Positions 20,314 to 30,664 of a stretch of 64,000 nt of DNA are shown in pieces (position 1 is the stretch's first letter; every line of letters starts with the position of its first letter). The notes below the pieces were generated by a model. It saw nothing but the letters and a program-made list of their open reading frames with translations, ran no database searches and was not told the origin of the DNA. The position numbers and the translations under genes were made by a program. Where the stretch lies: contig CAVXEP010000029.1 of the NCBI GenBank assembly GCA_963760795.1, positions 256,001 to 320,000 on the forward strand, written 5' to 3'. Source of the DNA: an uncultured delta proteobacterium (GTDB lineage: Bacteria; Desulfobacterota; Binatia; UBA9968).

Positions 20314-21444
20314 ATGAAAACTAATTTACTTCGCCTGTTTTTTTTACTATGCGCCGTTCCGCATGCCGCCGGTCAGGCGCCGAGTTCGCCGCAACCGAAG
20401 CCGGTTGAAGGCGGGTTGCGGGTGACGACTGTCGCCAAAGGATTGGAACATCCCTGGGCTCTCGAATTTCTACCCGACGGACGCATGCTCGTCAGTGAAC
20501 GGCCGGGACGCTTGCGCGTCATCGATCGTAACGGGCGCGTTGCCGAGCCGTTGGCCGGCGTGCCCAAAGTGGTCGCGCGCCGGCAGGGCGGGCTGCTCGA
20601 TATCGCGCTATCGCCTAGCTTCGCCCAGGACCGGCTCATTTATTTTTCCTTTGCCGAAGAGGGCGAGGGCGGCGCCGGCACTGCGGTGGCGCGTGGTGTT
20701 TTGGCCGAGCGGGCGCTGGAAAAAGTCCAGGTGATCTGGCGCCAGCTGCCTAAAGTCAAGGGTGATAATCATTTCGGCTCGCGTCTGCTGTTCGGCCGCG
20801 ATGGCAATTTATTCGTTACTTTGGGCGATCGCTTCGCTTACCGTGATCAGGCGCAGAATCTGGCGGCCACGTTGGGCAAAATAGTCAGAATCCAACCGGA
20901 TGGCGGCATTCCGAAAGACAATCCATTTGTCGGGCGCGAAGGCGTGCGGCCGGAGATCTGGTCCTATGGCCATCGTAACGTGCAAGCGGCGACGCTCCAC
21001 CCGGAGACCGGACAACTGTGGACCGTCGAGCATGGCGCGCGCGGCGGTGACGAGCTGAATCAGCCGCAGCCGGGCAAAAATTATGGCTGGCCGGTGATTA
21101 CCTATGGTGTCGATTACTCCGGGGCCAAAATCGGCGAAGGCACCAGCAAGCCGGGCATGGAACAACCGGTTTATTATTGGGACCCGGTGATCGCGCCGTC
21201 GGGGGCATTGTTTTACACCGGCAAAGCGTTCCCGCAATGGAACGGTAATCTGCTGATCGGTTCGTTGCAGCCGGGCCAGTTGGTGCGGCTGGAAATGACC
21301 GCCGGGCGCGTTAGCAACGAGTATCGTTACGCCGGCGACCTGGGCGCGCGAATACGCGACGTGCAGCAAGCGCCGGACGGCGCGATCTACGTCATCACTG
21401 ACGAGAACAACGGCAGAATTCTGCGCGTCGAACCGGCGAAGTAA
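20314..21444 (+). CDS. PQQ-dependent soluble sugar dehydrogenase (YliI/GdhB family)
   Basis: Signal peptide; GLEHPWAL, QGGLLD, HFGSRL, SYGHRN.Q, EHG.RGGDELN, RIRDV. Confidence 0.9.
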   Translation: MKTNLLRLFFLLCAVPHAAGQAPSSPQPKPVEGGLRVTTVAKGLEHPWALEFLPDGRMLVSERPGRLRVIDRNGRVAEPLAGVPKVVARRQGGLLDIALSPSFAQDRLIYFSFAEEGEGGAGTAVARGVLAERALEKVQVIWRQLPKVKGDNHFGSRLLFGRDGNLFVTLGDRFAYRDQAQNLAATLGKIVRIQPDGGIPKDNPFVGREGVRPEIWSYGHRNVQAATLHPETGQLWTVEHGARGGDELNQPQPGKNYGWPVITYGVDYSGAKIGEGTSKPGMEQPVYYWDPVIAPSGALFYTGKAFPQWNGNLLIGSLQPGQLVRLEMTAGRVSNEYRYAGDLGARIRDVQQAPDGAIYVITDENNGRILRVEPAK

Positions 21445-21454
21445 CCAAAGAAAA

Positions 21455-21505
21455 GGCCGTTCAAATCGTTCAAACCGTTTCAAGCAGTTCAAGTCGTTGT
21501 CGGAA
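21455..21505. repeat. Short tandem GTTCAA-containing repeats (same family as 22692 and 25975 elements)
   Basis: aggccgttcaaatcgttcaaaccgtttcaagcagttcaagtcgttgtcgga. Confidence 0.6.
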
Positions 21506-21586
21506 CAAGATCGGCACCGGACAAGCTGAAGGCGATAGAAGTAGAAATTTAACCACCGGCATCGTCGATATGCATGAAGGTTTTTT

Positions 21587-22843
21587 GTGGCATGCAAAAT
21601 TTCCTCTGCTAACACGCTCTGGCGCTGCACATTTGAGCGGCCGTGTTGCCCGCACGCTCCGATAAATCCCTTTACTATTTTTGCGTTCTTTGCGGCTAAT
21701 ATTCCGTTCCGGATCTTTTTCGGTTTCGTTTTCGCGCTGAGTAGTTGGAGCTGCGATGGACCGCAGTCGGCGCTCGACCCGGCCGGTCACGGCGCCCAGT
21801 GGATTGCCGATATTTTCTGGTGGATGACCGGTTCGGCGACAGTTATCTGGTTCGGGGTTATCATCCTAGCGATCTGGGCGGCGCGCAGCGCGCCGGAAAA
21901 GCAAAACCGGCGGCGCACTAATATAATGATCATTGGCGGCGGCGCCGTAGTGCCCACCCTGGCGCTGGCGCTGCTGCTGCTTTATGGCCTGGCGCCGATA
22001 CCGGCGTTACTCGCCCCCGCGCCTCCGGGCAGCCTGCAAATCGATGTCTCCGGCGAGCAGTGGTGGTGGCGCGTGCATTACCGCCCGCCCGGCGCCGCCG
22101 TTGTGACCGTCGCCAACGAAATCCGTCTTCCGGTCGGCGCGCCGGTGCAGTTTCATCTAGCAAGTCCCGATGTCGTCCATTCCTTTTGGATACCGCCGTT
22201 GGGCGGCAAGATCGACATGATTCCCGGCCGTGTCACGCGCCTGGTTCTGACGCCCACACGCAGCGGAACTTTTCGCGGCGCCTGTGCCGAGTACTGCGGC
22301 ACCTCCCACGCGCTGATGGCGTTTCCAGTCGTGGTGATGGAACCCGCGGACTTTGCCCGCTGGCTGACGGCGCAAGCCCTGCCGGCGCAGGCGCCCACGA
22401 CCGCGCTCGCTGCGCGCGGATTGGCGGCGTTTTTGGAAAGCGGCTGCGGCGCTTGCCACAGCATCCGTGGCACATCCGCCGCCGGCGTCATCGGGCCTGA
22501 TCTCACCCATGTCGGCAGCCGGTTGAGTCTCGGCGCAGGAATTTTGCCGAACACGCCGGAGGCGTTCGTGCGCTGGCTCAAGCATGCGGATAAGTTAAAA
22601 CCCGGAGTGCACATGCCGGTTTTTGGCATGCTGCCCGAACCCGAGTTGCAGGCAGTGGCGGCGTATCTGGACGGACTTAGAATGATGAACACGTTCAAAT
22701 CGTCCAAGCCGTTCAATCGCTGCGCTCCGTTCAAGCCGTTGTCGGAGGTTGCAATAGTTAAACCATCTTGCCAACTCGTTCTTCGTCCCGTTCTTCCGCG
22801 TATTAAACAGAGCGAAGCGGTTGAACGAAGCGTTAGCGATTGA
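21587..22843 (+). CDS. coxB: Cytochrome c oxidase subunit II with fused cytochrome c (caa3-type); true start uncertain, true stop probably ~22685
   Basis: QWWW, DVVHSFW, CuA motif CAEYCGTSHALM, heme motif CGACH; after AYLDGLR the ORF reads through a DNA repeat, and deleting one A in agaatga gives a stop. Confidence 0.88.
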   Translation: MACKISSANTLWRCTFERPCCPHAPINPFTIFAFFAANIPFRIFFGFVFALSSWSCDGPQSALDPAGHGAQWIADIFWWMTGSATVIWFGVIILAIWAARSAPEKQNRRRTNIMIIGGGAVVPTLALALLLLYGLAPIPALLAPAPPGSLQIDVSGEQWWWRVHYRPPGAAVVTVANEIRLPVGAPVQFHLASPDVVHSFWIPPLGGKIDMIPGRVTRLVLTPTRSGTFRGACAEYCGTSHALMAFPVVVMEPADFARWLTAQALPAQAPTTALAARGLAAFLESGCGACHSIRGTSAAGVIGPDLTHVGSRLSLGAGILPNTPEAFVRWLKHADKLKPGVHMPVFGMLPEPELQAVAAYLDGLRMMNTFKSSKPFNRCAPFKPLSEVAIVKPSCQLVLRPVLPRIKQSEAVERSVSD

Positions 22844-22845
22844 AC
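22692..22845. repeat. Inverted-repeat cassette (MITE-like) between coxB and coxA
   Basis: gttcaatcgctgcgctccgttcaa (22711-22734) pairs with ttgaacgaagcgttagcgattgaac (22821-22845). Confidence 0.7.
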
Positions 22846-22857
22846 CGTGTTGCAATC

Positions 22858-25393
22858 ATGAAGAGACCCGATCCTCAACCGTTAGCCGAACCATTGCCCG
22901 TCGAACAGCGGCGGGCGCAAGCCGAGCGACTGATGCGTACCTGGGAGACGCCCTGCCGGTTGGCGCTATTGGTCGTCGGTCAACAATCAGGACGTTGGTT
23001 TGTGGTACACCGGGCTGACGTTTATCTTCCTGCTCTTCGGCGGCGCGCTGGCGCTGTTGATGCGTATCCAGCTCGCCGTGCCCGATAACGATTTTCTTGC
23101 CGCCGAAACCTACAACCAAGCATTCACCGTGCATGGCTCGGTGATGATGTTCTTGTTCGCGATTCCGATCTTCGAAGCGATCGCGGTGTTGTTTTTGCCG
23201 CAAATGCTCGGCGCGCGCGACTTGCCGTTTCCGCGTCTTTCGGCATTTGGCTTTTGGTGTTTTCTGCTCGGCGGCGTGTTTCTTTGCGGGTCGATCTTCT
23301 TCGATGCCGCGCCGCGCGGCGGCTGGTTCATGTATCCGCCGCTCACTTCCAAGTATCAGCCCGACATCGGCGCGGATATTTGGCTATTGGGGTTTTCTTT
23401 CATCGAGATCGCCGCCATCGCCGCCGCCGTCGAGATGATCGTCGGCTCGCTCAAGACCCGACCGCCCGGCATGCGCCTTAATTTAATGCCGCTGTATGTT
23501 TGGTATGTGCTGGTCGCCGCGGTGATGATCGTCTTCGCTTTTCCGCCGTTGATCGCCGGCAGCATGCTGCTCGAGCTCGAACGCGCTTTTGACTGGCCGT
23601 TCTTCAATCCCGAGCGCGGCGGCGATCCGCTGCTCTGGCAACATTTGTTCTGGCTCTTCGGCCATCCCGAAGTCTACATCATTTTTTTGCCCTCGGTGGC
23701 GCTGATCGCGATGATCGTGCCGACTTTCGCGCAGCGCCCGATAGTCGGCTACAGCTGGATCGTGCTGGCCGCGGTGGGCACCGGGTTTCTGAGTTTCGGC
23801 CTGTGGGTGCATCACATGTTTACCACCGGACTGCCGGGCATCACTCTCGGAATATTTGCCGCCGCCTCGCAGGCGGTGGCGCTGCCCACCGGCGTGCAGA
23901 TTTTCTGCTTCATCGCCACCCTCGCCGCCGGGCGAGTGGTGCCGTCGGTGCCGATGCTCTGGGCCTTCGGCAGCCTGGTGATTTTCGTGCTCGGCGGCTT
24001 GACCGGCGTGATGGTGGCAGTGGCGCCTTTCGATTTTCAAGCTCACGACACGTTTTTCGTCGTCGCGCATTTACATTACGTCTTGATCGGCGGCGCGCTG
24101 TTTCCGATCTTTGCCGGTTGCTATTATTTTTACCCCTTGATCAGCGGCAAGCTGCTCTCCGATAAATTGGCCAAGATCGCTTTCTGGCTGGCATTTATCG
24201 GATTCAATATTGCGTTTCTGCCGATGCATGTGACCGGCCTGCGCGGCATGCCGCGACGGGTTTTTACTTACCCCGCGGGAATGGGTTTCGATGGGCTGAA
24301 TCTGGCCTCGACCATCGGCGCATTTATTCTCGCCGCCGGCGTCGCGCTGATCTTCTGGGATCTATTCCGGCCAAAGCGCCATCAACCCTATGCGGAGCGC
24401 AACCCGTGGCGCGCCGGGACCATCGAGTGGACTCAAGAAATGCCAGCCCAGCCCTGGGGCATTCGCTCGATTCCGGAAATCGATAGCCGATATCCATTGT
24501 GGGACCAGGCGAATTTCATTCGCGACATCGACGAGGGCAGATTTTATTTGCCGGATGCGGAGGAAGGCCGGCGCGAAACGATCATCACCTCGGTGCTCGA
24601 TGCCGAGCCGCAACAATGCGCGCGCCTGCCGGGGTCCACTTTCATCACGTTATGGGCGGCGCTTGGCACCGGCGGTTTTTTTATTTTTGGCACTTATCAT
24701 TGGTGGACCGCGGCGCTGATCAGTCTGATGGCCGGGCTGGTGGTGATTATCTTCTGGTTATGGACGGGCACCGGGCAAATTCCCGAGAAAGAAAGCAAAG
24801 ACGTCGGTCTCGGATTGACCTTGCCGCTATATCTCTCGGGGCGGGAGTCGGTGGGCTGGTGGGCGATGTTCATCACCATGCTGGCGCTGTTCACGGCCTT
24901 TATCTGTCTGGTCTTCGGTTATTTCTTCTACTGGACGGTGCGCGACGACTTTCCACCCGAACCGACCCACGGCCCAGGGGTTTTCTGGCCGGTCGTCGCA
25001 GCGGCGGCGATGCTTGGCTCCTGGGCGTTAACGCTTTTGAGCGTGCGCTGGAATCGTCTCGACAACGCCCCGGCCTTTTACCTGGGCCTCGGGTTGGCGA
25101 TTTTTTTAAGCGCCGCCGGCGCAGCGGCGCTGCTCGCGGGTCCGTGGCGCACCGGCCTTGACCCGGCGAGCCATGTCTATGGTGCAACCGTTTGGATCCT
25201 GGTGATCTGGGCCGCGGTGCAGGCGCTGCTCGGCATCATCATGCAGCTTTACTGCATAGCGCGCCGCCTCGCCGGACGCATGACCGCGCGCTACGACATG
25301 GACATTCACAACGTGGCACTGTACTGGCATTTCACCGCGCTGACGGCGGCGATCACGGTGGCGGTGATTGCCGGATTTCCGCTACTCTTATGA
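22858..25393 (+). CDS. coxA: Cytochrome c oxidase subunit I fused to a subunit III-like domain; +1 frameshift near 22952
   Basis: HGSVMMF, GHPEVY (A1-type), WVHHM, AHLHY, GMPRR; C-terminal LYWHF of subunit III. Confidence 0.92.
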
Positions 25394-25395
25394 TG

Positions 25396-25555
25396 AATTT
25401 TGGATTTTCGATTTTGGATTAAAGAATAACTATGATGAGGCGAACAGCGTGCAATTACTCGGTCTTTGAATGCCATGGAGCCACGACTTTCTGGCAGATT
25501 CGCTTGCTCGCGGTATTTCCGATAATCCAAAATCCAAAATCTAAAATCCAAAATT
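25396..25555. repeat. Inverted heptamer-array cassette (TTTTGGA)n...(TCCAAAA)n
   Basis: aattttggattttcgattttggatt (25396-25420) is complementary to aatccaaaatctaaaatccaaaatt within 25524-25555. Confidence 0.75.
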
Positions 25556-25579
25556 GTTCAATGGTGCAGAGCAAAACCA

Positions 25580-25963
25580 ATGGCGACCAAAGACTTTCCA
25601 GAGCACAAAGATAACATTTTACTGCTCACCCTGGGGCCGCTGATCTGGGCGGCGCACTTGCTGTTGAGCTACGGCACGGCGTCGATCTGGTGCGGCAAGA
25701 TGGTTGAGACCGGCGGTTCTCTTGGCGCCGTTCGCGGCGCGATTGTTGTGTACACGTTGGCCGGACTTGCGGCGACTGCCGTGGTCGCCTGGATGGGCTA
25801 TCGCCGGCATCGCACCGGCGCGGCTAGTTTGCCGCACGACGACGATTCACCGGAAGACCGTTATCGTTTTATCGGTTATGCAACTTTTTTGCTGGCTTGT
25901 TTAAGCTTCGCAGCGATCGCTTACGCCGGCTCGATCACGCTGTTTTTTCGGAGTTGTTATTAG
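25580..25963 (+). CDS. Membrane protein associated with the oxidase operon
   Basis: Three hydrophobic segments, P.IWAAH.L..Y....WC motif and C-terminal Cys; operon position. Confidence 0.7.
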   Translation: MATKDFPEHKDNILLLTLGPLIWAAHLLLSYGTASIWCGKMVETGGSLGAVRGAIVVYTLAGLAATAVVAWMGYRRHRTGAASLPHDDDSPEDRYRFIGYATFLLACLSFAAIAYAGSITLFFRSCY

Positions 25964-25974
25964 ATGGAAGACAA

Positions 25975-26145
25975 GGCCGTTCAAAACGTTCAACCGCTGC
26001 GCTCCGTTCAAGCCTTCAAACCCCCACCTGTGTCCTCCCCCGCGGCCGCGGGGGAGGAAGGGATCGGGAGGTTAAAACCTCATAGACTGACGGAGCGTTA
26101 GCGTTTGAACGGAACGAAGTGATTGAACGAGACGAAGTAATTGAA
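25975..26145. repeat. Inverted-repeat cassette with internal perfect 26-bp palindrome
   Basis: cgttcaaccgctgcgctccgt pairs with acggagcgttagcgtttgaacg; inner tcctcccccgcggccgcgggggagga (26033-26058). Confidence 0.72.
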
Positions 26146-26808
26146 ATGACCCGGCCAATTATTTTCATCATCGCTGTGCTCACGCTTGCGGCTCTCTGGT
26201 TGACGCCTTGGGCTTCGTTGGGCATGGCGCCGTTTAGCGCGCATATGGTCGTGCATATGGGGATCGTCGCCGTGGCGGCGCCGCTGTTGGCGCTTGGGGT
26301 TGCCGGCAGCGCTGTCGATCCGGTAGCGCGCTTGCCCGCGCTGTTTCCGCCGATTCCGGTGTCGCTGGTGGAATTTATCGTCGTGTGGGCTTGGCACACG
26401 CCCGCGCTGCATCACGCCGCGCGCCACCCCGGTCTCGCGTCGCTTGCCGAGCAGGGCATGTTTTTACTCGCCGGGCTCTGGCTCTGGCTGGCGGTTTTCG
26501 GCGGTACTGGCGACGAGCGCCGCGGCCGGGCTGGCAGCGGAGTGATTGCGCTGCTGCTGACTTCCATGCACATGACCCTGCTTGGCGCGCTCTTGGCTCT
26601 GGCGCCGCGGCCGCTATTCACACATGGCACGGCGGATGCGACGCTCATGGCCCAAGATGCCCTAGATACCATAGCTGCGCTCGCTGACCAGCATCTGGGC
26701 GGCGCCATCATGCTGCTGGTCGGTGGCGTTGCCTATCTCGCCGGCGGGCTGTGGCTGACGGCGGGGTTATTGCGCAGGGTGGATTATCGGCGGAGGGCAA
26801 GGGCATGA
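26146..26808 (+). CDS. ctaG: Cytochrome c oxidase assembly factor (caa3-type CtaG)
   Basis: FSAHMVVHM, WAWHTP.LH, DQHLGGAIM. Confidence 0.82.
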   Translation: MTRPIIFIIAVLTLAALWLTPWASLGMAPFSAHMVVHMGIVAVAAPLLALGVAGSAVDPVARLPALFPPIPVSLVEFIVVWAWHTPALHHAARHPGLASLAEQGMFLLAGLWLWLAVFGGTGDERRGRAGSGVIALLLTSMHMTLLGALLALAPRPLFTHGTADATLMAQDALDTIAALADQHLGGAIMLLVGGVAYLAGGLWLTAGLLRRVDYRRRARA

Positions 26809-27909
26809 AAACCTGGCTGTGGCGTGGCGCGCTCGTGCTTACGCTGCTTGGCATGTTGGGAGGTCTCGTCATGCTCTCCGGGATCGTGCCGATCAAAGCC
26901 AGCTCGGGCCACTGGGCGATTACCGCCTGGCTGCTGGATTTTTCCAAACAACGCTCGGTCAGCACGCATACTCTTGGCGTGAAGCCGCCGCCGCTTGACG
27001 ATCCGCGCATGGTGGTCAAGGGCGGTGCTTACTACGATATCGGCTGCCGTCCTTGCCATGGCGGCCCGGAGTTGCGCCAGCCGAGAATCGCGGCGCGGAT
27101 GACGCCCCCTCCGGTCTATCTGCCGCCGCGCATCGCCAACTGGGAAGCCGAGGAGCTTTTTTACATGATCAAACACGGCATCAAGTTCACCGGCATGCCC
27201 GCCTGGCCCGCGCCCGGTCGCGACGATGAGGTCTGGGCGATCGTCGCGTTCCTCAAGCGCCTGCCGATTTTGAATGCCGCAGAGTACGCGCGCGTGACAC
27301 GGGGTGAAACCGCGGACGACGGCATGGACGCGCCGCTGCGCGCGCTGGCAGCCCAAATCGGTTGCGGCGCGCCGCGCAGTGAGCGAAAACTGTTCGCGCT
27401 GTCACGGCGCCGACGGGATGGGCAGGGACGGCGCCTCGCCGGTTATCGCCGGTCAACAGGCAGCGTATATTTTCGCGACTCTCGACGCCTATGGGCGCGG
27501 CCGACGCCACAGCGGCATGATGGAACCGATCGCCGCCGGTTTGAGCGCGCAAACGATGAGCGAACTTGCGCATTTTTACGCCGGGCTTGCGCCCGCTTCG
27601 CGATCCGCCAGTCCCGACAGCGCCGCCATCGCGCGCGGGCGGGCAATCGCCCTGGGCGGCGTGGCGCAAAACAAAGTCCCCCCTTGTGCGGAGTGTCATG
27701 GTCCGGGCGCGCGCCGCCGCAATCCATTCTATCCCGATCTTGCCGGACAGCATGGCGATTATTTGGTACTTCAATTGCAGCTCTTCAAAGCCGGCAAACG
27801 TGGCGGCACCGCTTACGCGCACCTGATGCAACATGTCGCGCCGCACTTGAGCGAAGCGCAAATGCGCGACGTGGCGGCATATTATAGTGTTGGGAATAGC
27901 AAGGATTAG
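26805..27909 (+). CDS. Tri-heme c-type cytochrome; +1 frameshift near 27351
   Basis: CRPCH, CSRCH, CAECH; GIKFTGMPAW; c4-like P.LAGQ...Y repeats; ATGA overlap with ctaG. Confidence 0.82.
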
Positions 27910-27972
27910 GAATCAAAAACTTAGAAAAACCGTGATGGCTGATGCCGCCTGAAATGTAGTGAACGTCCTAGC

Positions 27973-27990
27973 TGTCCTGTTATTGGGACA
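27973..27990. promoter_or_regulatory. 18-bp palindromic site upstream of kaiC
   Basis: TGTCCT-GTTATT-GGGACA. Confidence 0.55.
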
Positions 27991-28136
27991 GAATCCGGCT
28001 TGGTGCCTCTTAATGTATTGCGAGTTTTGTCTTGCGGACAGGATTTGTTTTGATAGTAATAGAATTCTTTCGGCGCGAGATATCGTTCGAGTGAGCGCTC
28101 GGCGATCGCAACTCGTCGGTGGAGCGTTTAACGGTT

Positions 28137-29958
28137 ATGGCAAAGCGAATGAACCAATCTAAAGCAGCCTTTACCGGCGCTGGCCAAGGCACCCACCGGT
28201 ATCGGCGGTTTGGACGAAATCACCGGCGGCGGCTTGCCGCGCGGCCGCACCTCGCTTATCGCCGGCACCGCCGGCGCCGGCAAAACTCTTTTCGGCATGG
28301 AGTTTATCTACCGCGGCGCCACCGCAGTTCGGCGAGCCCGGCGTGGTCATGGCCTTCGAGGAGAGCGAAACCGAGTTGATCGAGAACGTCGCCAGTCTCG
28401 GCTTTGATTTCGACGCGACTGATCAAACGCAACCAGCTGGCGATCGATTTTGTCCGGGTCGAGCGCAGCGAGATCGAAGAGACCGGCGAATACGATCTCG
28501 AAGGATTGTTTATCCGCCTGGGCCACGCCATCGATAAAGTAAAAGCCAAGCGCGTCTTGCTCGACACCATCGAAGCGCTGTTCGCAGCCTTGCCCAACGA
28601 AGGTGTCTTGCGCGCCGAGTTGCGCCGGCTGTTTCGCTGGCTCAAAGAGCGCGGCGTCACCGCCGTAATCACCGCCGAACGCGGCGGCGGCGCGCTAACC
28701 CGCCACGGCTTGGAAGAGTATGTTTCGGACTGCGTCATTTTGCTCGACCATCGGGTGATCGAACAGGTGTCGACCCGGCGTCTGCGTGTGGTCAAGTACC
28801 GCGGCACGACTCACGGCACCAACGAGTATCCGTTCCTGATCGATGCCGGCGGGATCTCGGTATTGCCGGTGACGTCGCTTGGTTTAAATCATGAGGCTCC
28901 CACCGAGCGCATCTCTTCGGGAATCGCCCGGCTCGACGCCATGCTTGATGGGCAAGGGCTACTACCGCGGCGGCAGTGTGCTGATTTCCGGCACGCCCGG
29001 CTCGGGCAAGAGTTCGCTCTCGGCGCACTTTATCGAGGCCGCGTGCGCGCGCGGCGAGCGCTGCATGTATTTTCCCTTTGAAGAATCGCAGCAGCAGATC
29101 GTGCGCAATATGGGCTCCATCGGCATCGATCTCGGCCGCTGGGTCGAGCGCGGCTTGTTGCGTTTCCACCCGGCGCGGCCGCAAGTTCAAGGCTTGGAGT
29201 CGCACCTGGCGCTGATGCTCAAGCAGATCGGCGATTTCGATCCCGCGGTGGTGGTGATCGATCCGGTGACCACTCTCACCGAAATCGGCAGCTCGCTGGA
29301 AGCCAAAACCATGCTCGTGCGCCTGGTGGATTTTTTGAAATCGCGGAAGATTACCGCGCTGTTGACCAGTCTGACCAGCGATCAAGACAATCCGGAAAAG
29401 ACCGAGGTTGGCATCTCGTCGTTGATGGACACCTGGCTCTTGTTACGCAATCTGGAAATGAACGGCGAGCGCAATCGCGGCCTGTATATTTTAAAGTCCC
29501 GCGGCATGCCGCACTCCAATCAGATCCGCGAGTTTACGTTGACCAACCACGGCGCCCAATTGCGCGAAGTCTACGCGGGAGTCGCCGGCGTCCTGGCCGG
29601 CACCGCGCGGGTGGCGCAAGAGGCGCGCGAGCGCGCCGAAGCGCTGGCGCAGCAGCAGGAGATCGAGCGCAAACAGCGCGAACTCGAAAGCAAGCGTTTA
29701 GCCATGGAAGCGCAAATCGCTTCACTGCGCGCTGCCTTTACCAGCGAGTCCGCTGAGATCGAGAAAGCCGTGAACGATATGCGCATTGCTGAAGACCTCA
29801 TGACTGGAACGCGCGCTGTGCTCGCCGGTTTGCGCGGCGCCGATGCTGATGGAAAGTCCGGCAAACCTCGAAGGAAAGGAGTAAACCATGGCGGTGAACG
29901 AAGAAACGGCGGTAAAGCGAACGGGCGCAAAGACCGGCGCGGCACCCTCGTCGAATAA
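28137..29958 (+). CDS. kaiC: Double-domain KaiC (KaiC2-like) with C-terminal coiled coil; four +1 frameshifts (~28170, ~28322, ~28410, ~28950)
   Basis: [17 protein letters not shown]; Walker A GTAGAGKT and GTPGSGKS; EEYVSDCVI; [14 protein letters not shown]; ISSLMDTW; [14 protein letters not shown]. Confidence 0.9.
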
Positions 29959-30232
29959 GCAGTGGCAACTGCGCCTCTATGTGGCCGGGCAGACGCCGAA
30001 GTGTTTGACTGCCTTGGCTAACTTAAAAAAAATCTGCGAGGAGAATCTGGCGGGGGAGTATGTGATCGAAATCATCGATCTGCTCGAGCGGCCGCAATTG
30101 GCGCGCGGCGATCAAATCCTGGCGATCCCGACCCTGGTGCGCAAGCTTCCCGAGCCGATTCACAAAATCATCGGCGATCTGTCCAACACCGAGCGCGTGC
30201 TCGTCGGCTTGGATTTGCGGCCCGCGGGCTAG
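29888..30232 (+). CDS. kaiB: KaiB family protein
   Basis: [11 protein letters not shown]...[33 protein letters not shown]. Confidence 0.92.
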   Translation: MAVNEETAVKRTGAKTGAAPSSNKQWQLRLYVAGQTPKCLTALANLKKICEENLAGEYVIEIIDLLERPQLARGDQILAIPTLVRKLPEPIHKIIGDLSNTERVLVGLDLRPAG

Positions 30233-30307
30233 CGAGTTTCGCGAGGTTTAAATTTCCTTCGACGGGGTCACTAGTTCGGAGCGATTAGGACAACCGGAGT
30301 ACGGCGA

Positions 30308-30664
30308 ATGAGTATTCAATTGGCAAAACGAAAAAATAAATCCGCAGAATTCGAACCGGCGGCGAACGGTGAATCTCAGGTTTATCTGTTGAAGCTGTGC
30401 ATCAGCGGCATGACGCCGCGCTCGCGCCAGGCGTTGATTAACCTCAAGAGCCTTTGCGACAAGTACCTCGCCGGCAATTATGCGCTCGAGGTCATCGATC
30501 TTTACCAGCAACCGGAGCTAGCCGCGCGCCATCGCATTATCGCCACGCCGACACTGCTGAAAAACCTGCCGCCACCGGTGCGCCAGATGTTCGGCGATCT
30601 TTCCGACACGAAAACCATCTTGCGCCGTCTCGGTATCGCCATCGAAGAGGATGAGCTCGCATGA
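30308..30664 (+). CDS. kaiB: Second, divergent KaiB family protein
   Basis: LKLCISGMTPRS...VIDLYQQPELA...IIATPTL...PPPVRQMFGDLS. Confidence 0.88.
   Translation: MSIQLAKRKNKSAEFEPAANGESQVYLLKLCISGMTPRSRQALINLKSLCDKYLAGNYALEVIDLYQQPELAARHRIIATPTLLKNLPPPVRQMFGDLSDTKTILRRLGIAIEEDELA

Noticed and set aside
21586-21604. TGGCAT elements at 21588 (+) and 38842 (-), and TTGGCAC at 50108, as sigma54 promoters
   Set aside because: The -24 boxes are good but there is no GC at the -12 position, so they were not counted.
22686-22843. C-terminal extension of CoxB (MMNTFKSSKPFNRCAPFKPL...)
   Set aside because: It is a translation of the inverted-repeat element; a stop appears at ~22683-22685 if one extra A is removed.
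21455-26145. GTTCAA/TTGAAC repeats as a CRISPR array
   Set aside because: The units are about 10 nt, irregular and arranged as inverted arms. There is no constant repeat-spacer period and no cas genes.
27911-27923. Perfect IHF consensus AATCAAAAACTTA upstream of kaiC
   Set aside because: It lies upstream of the palindrome rather than between enhancer and promoter, and no -24/-12 was found for kaiC. A single short match is not enough to call.
28137-29958. kaiC as a pseudogene or programmed-frameshift gene
   Set aside because: The breaks are single-base insertions like those in nine other genes, with no shared slippery motif, and all catalytic motifs are intact. Sequencing error is more parsimonious.
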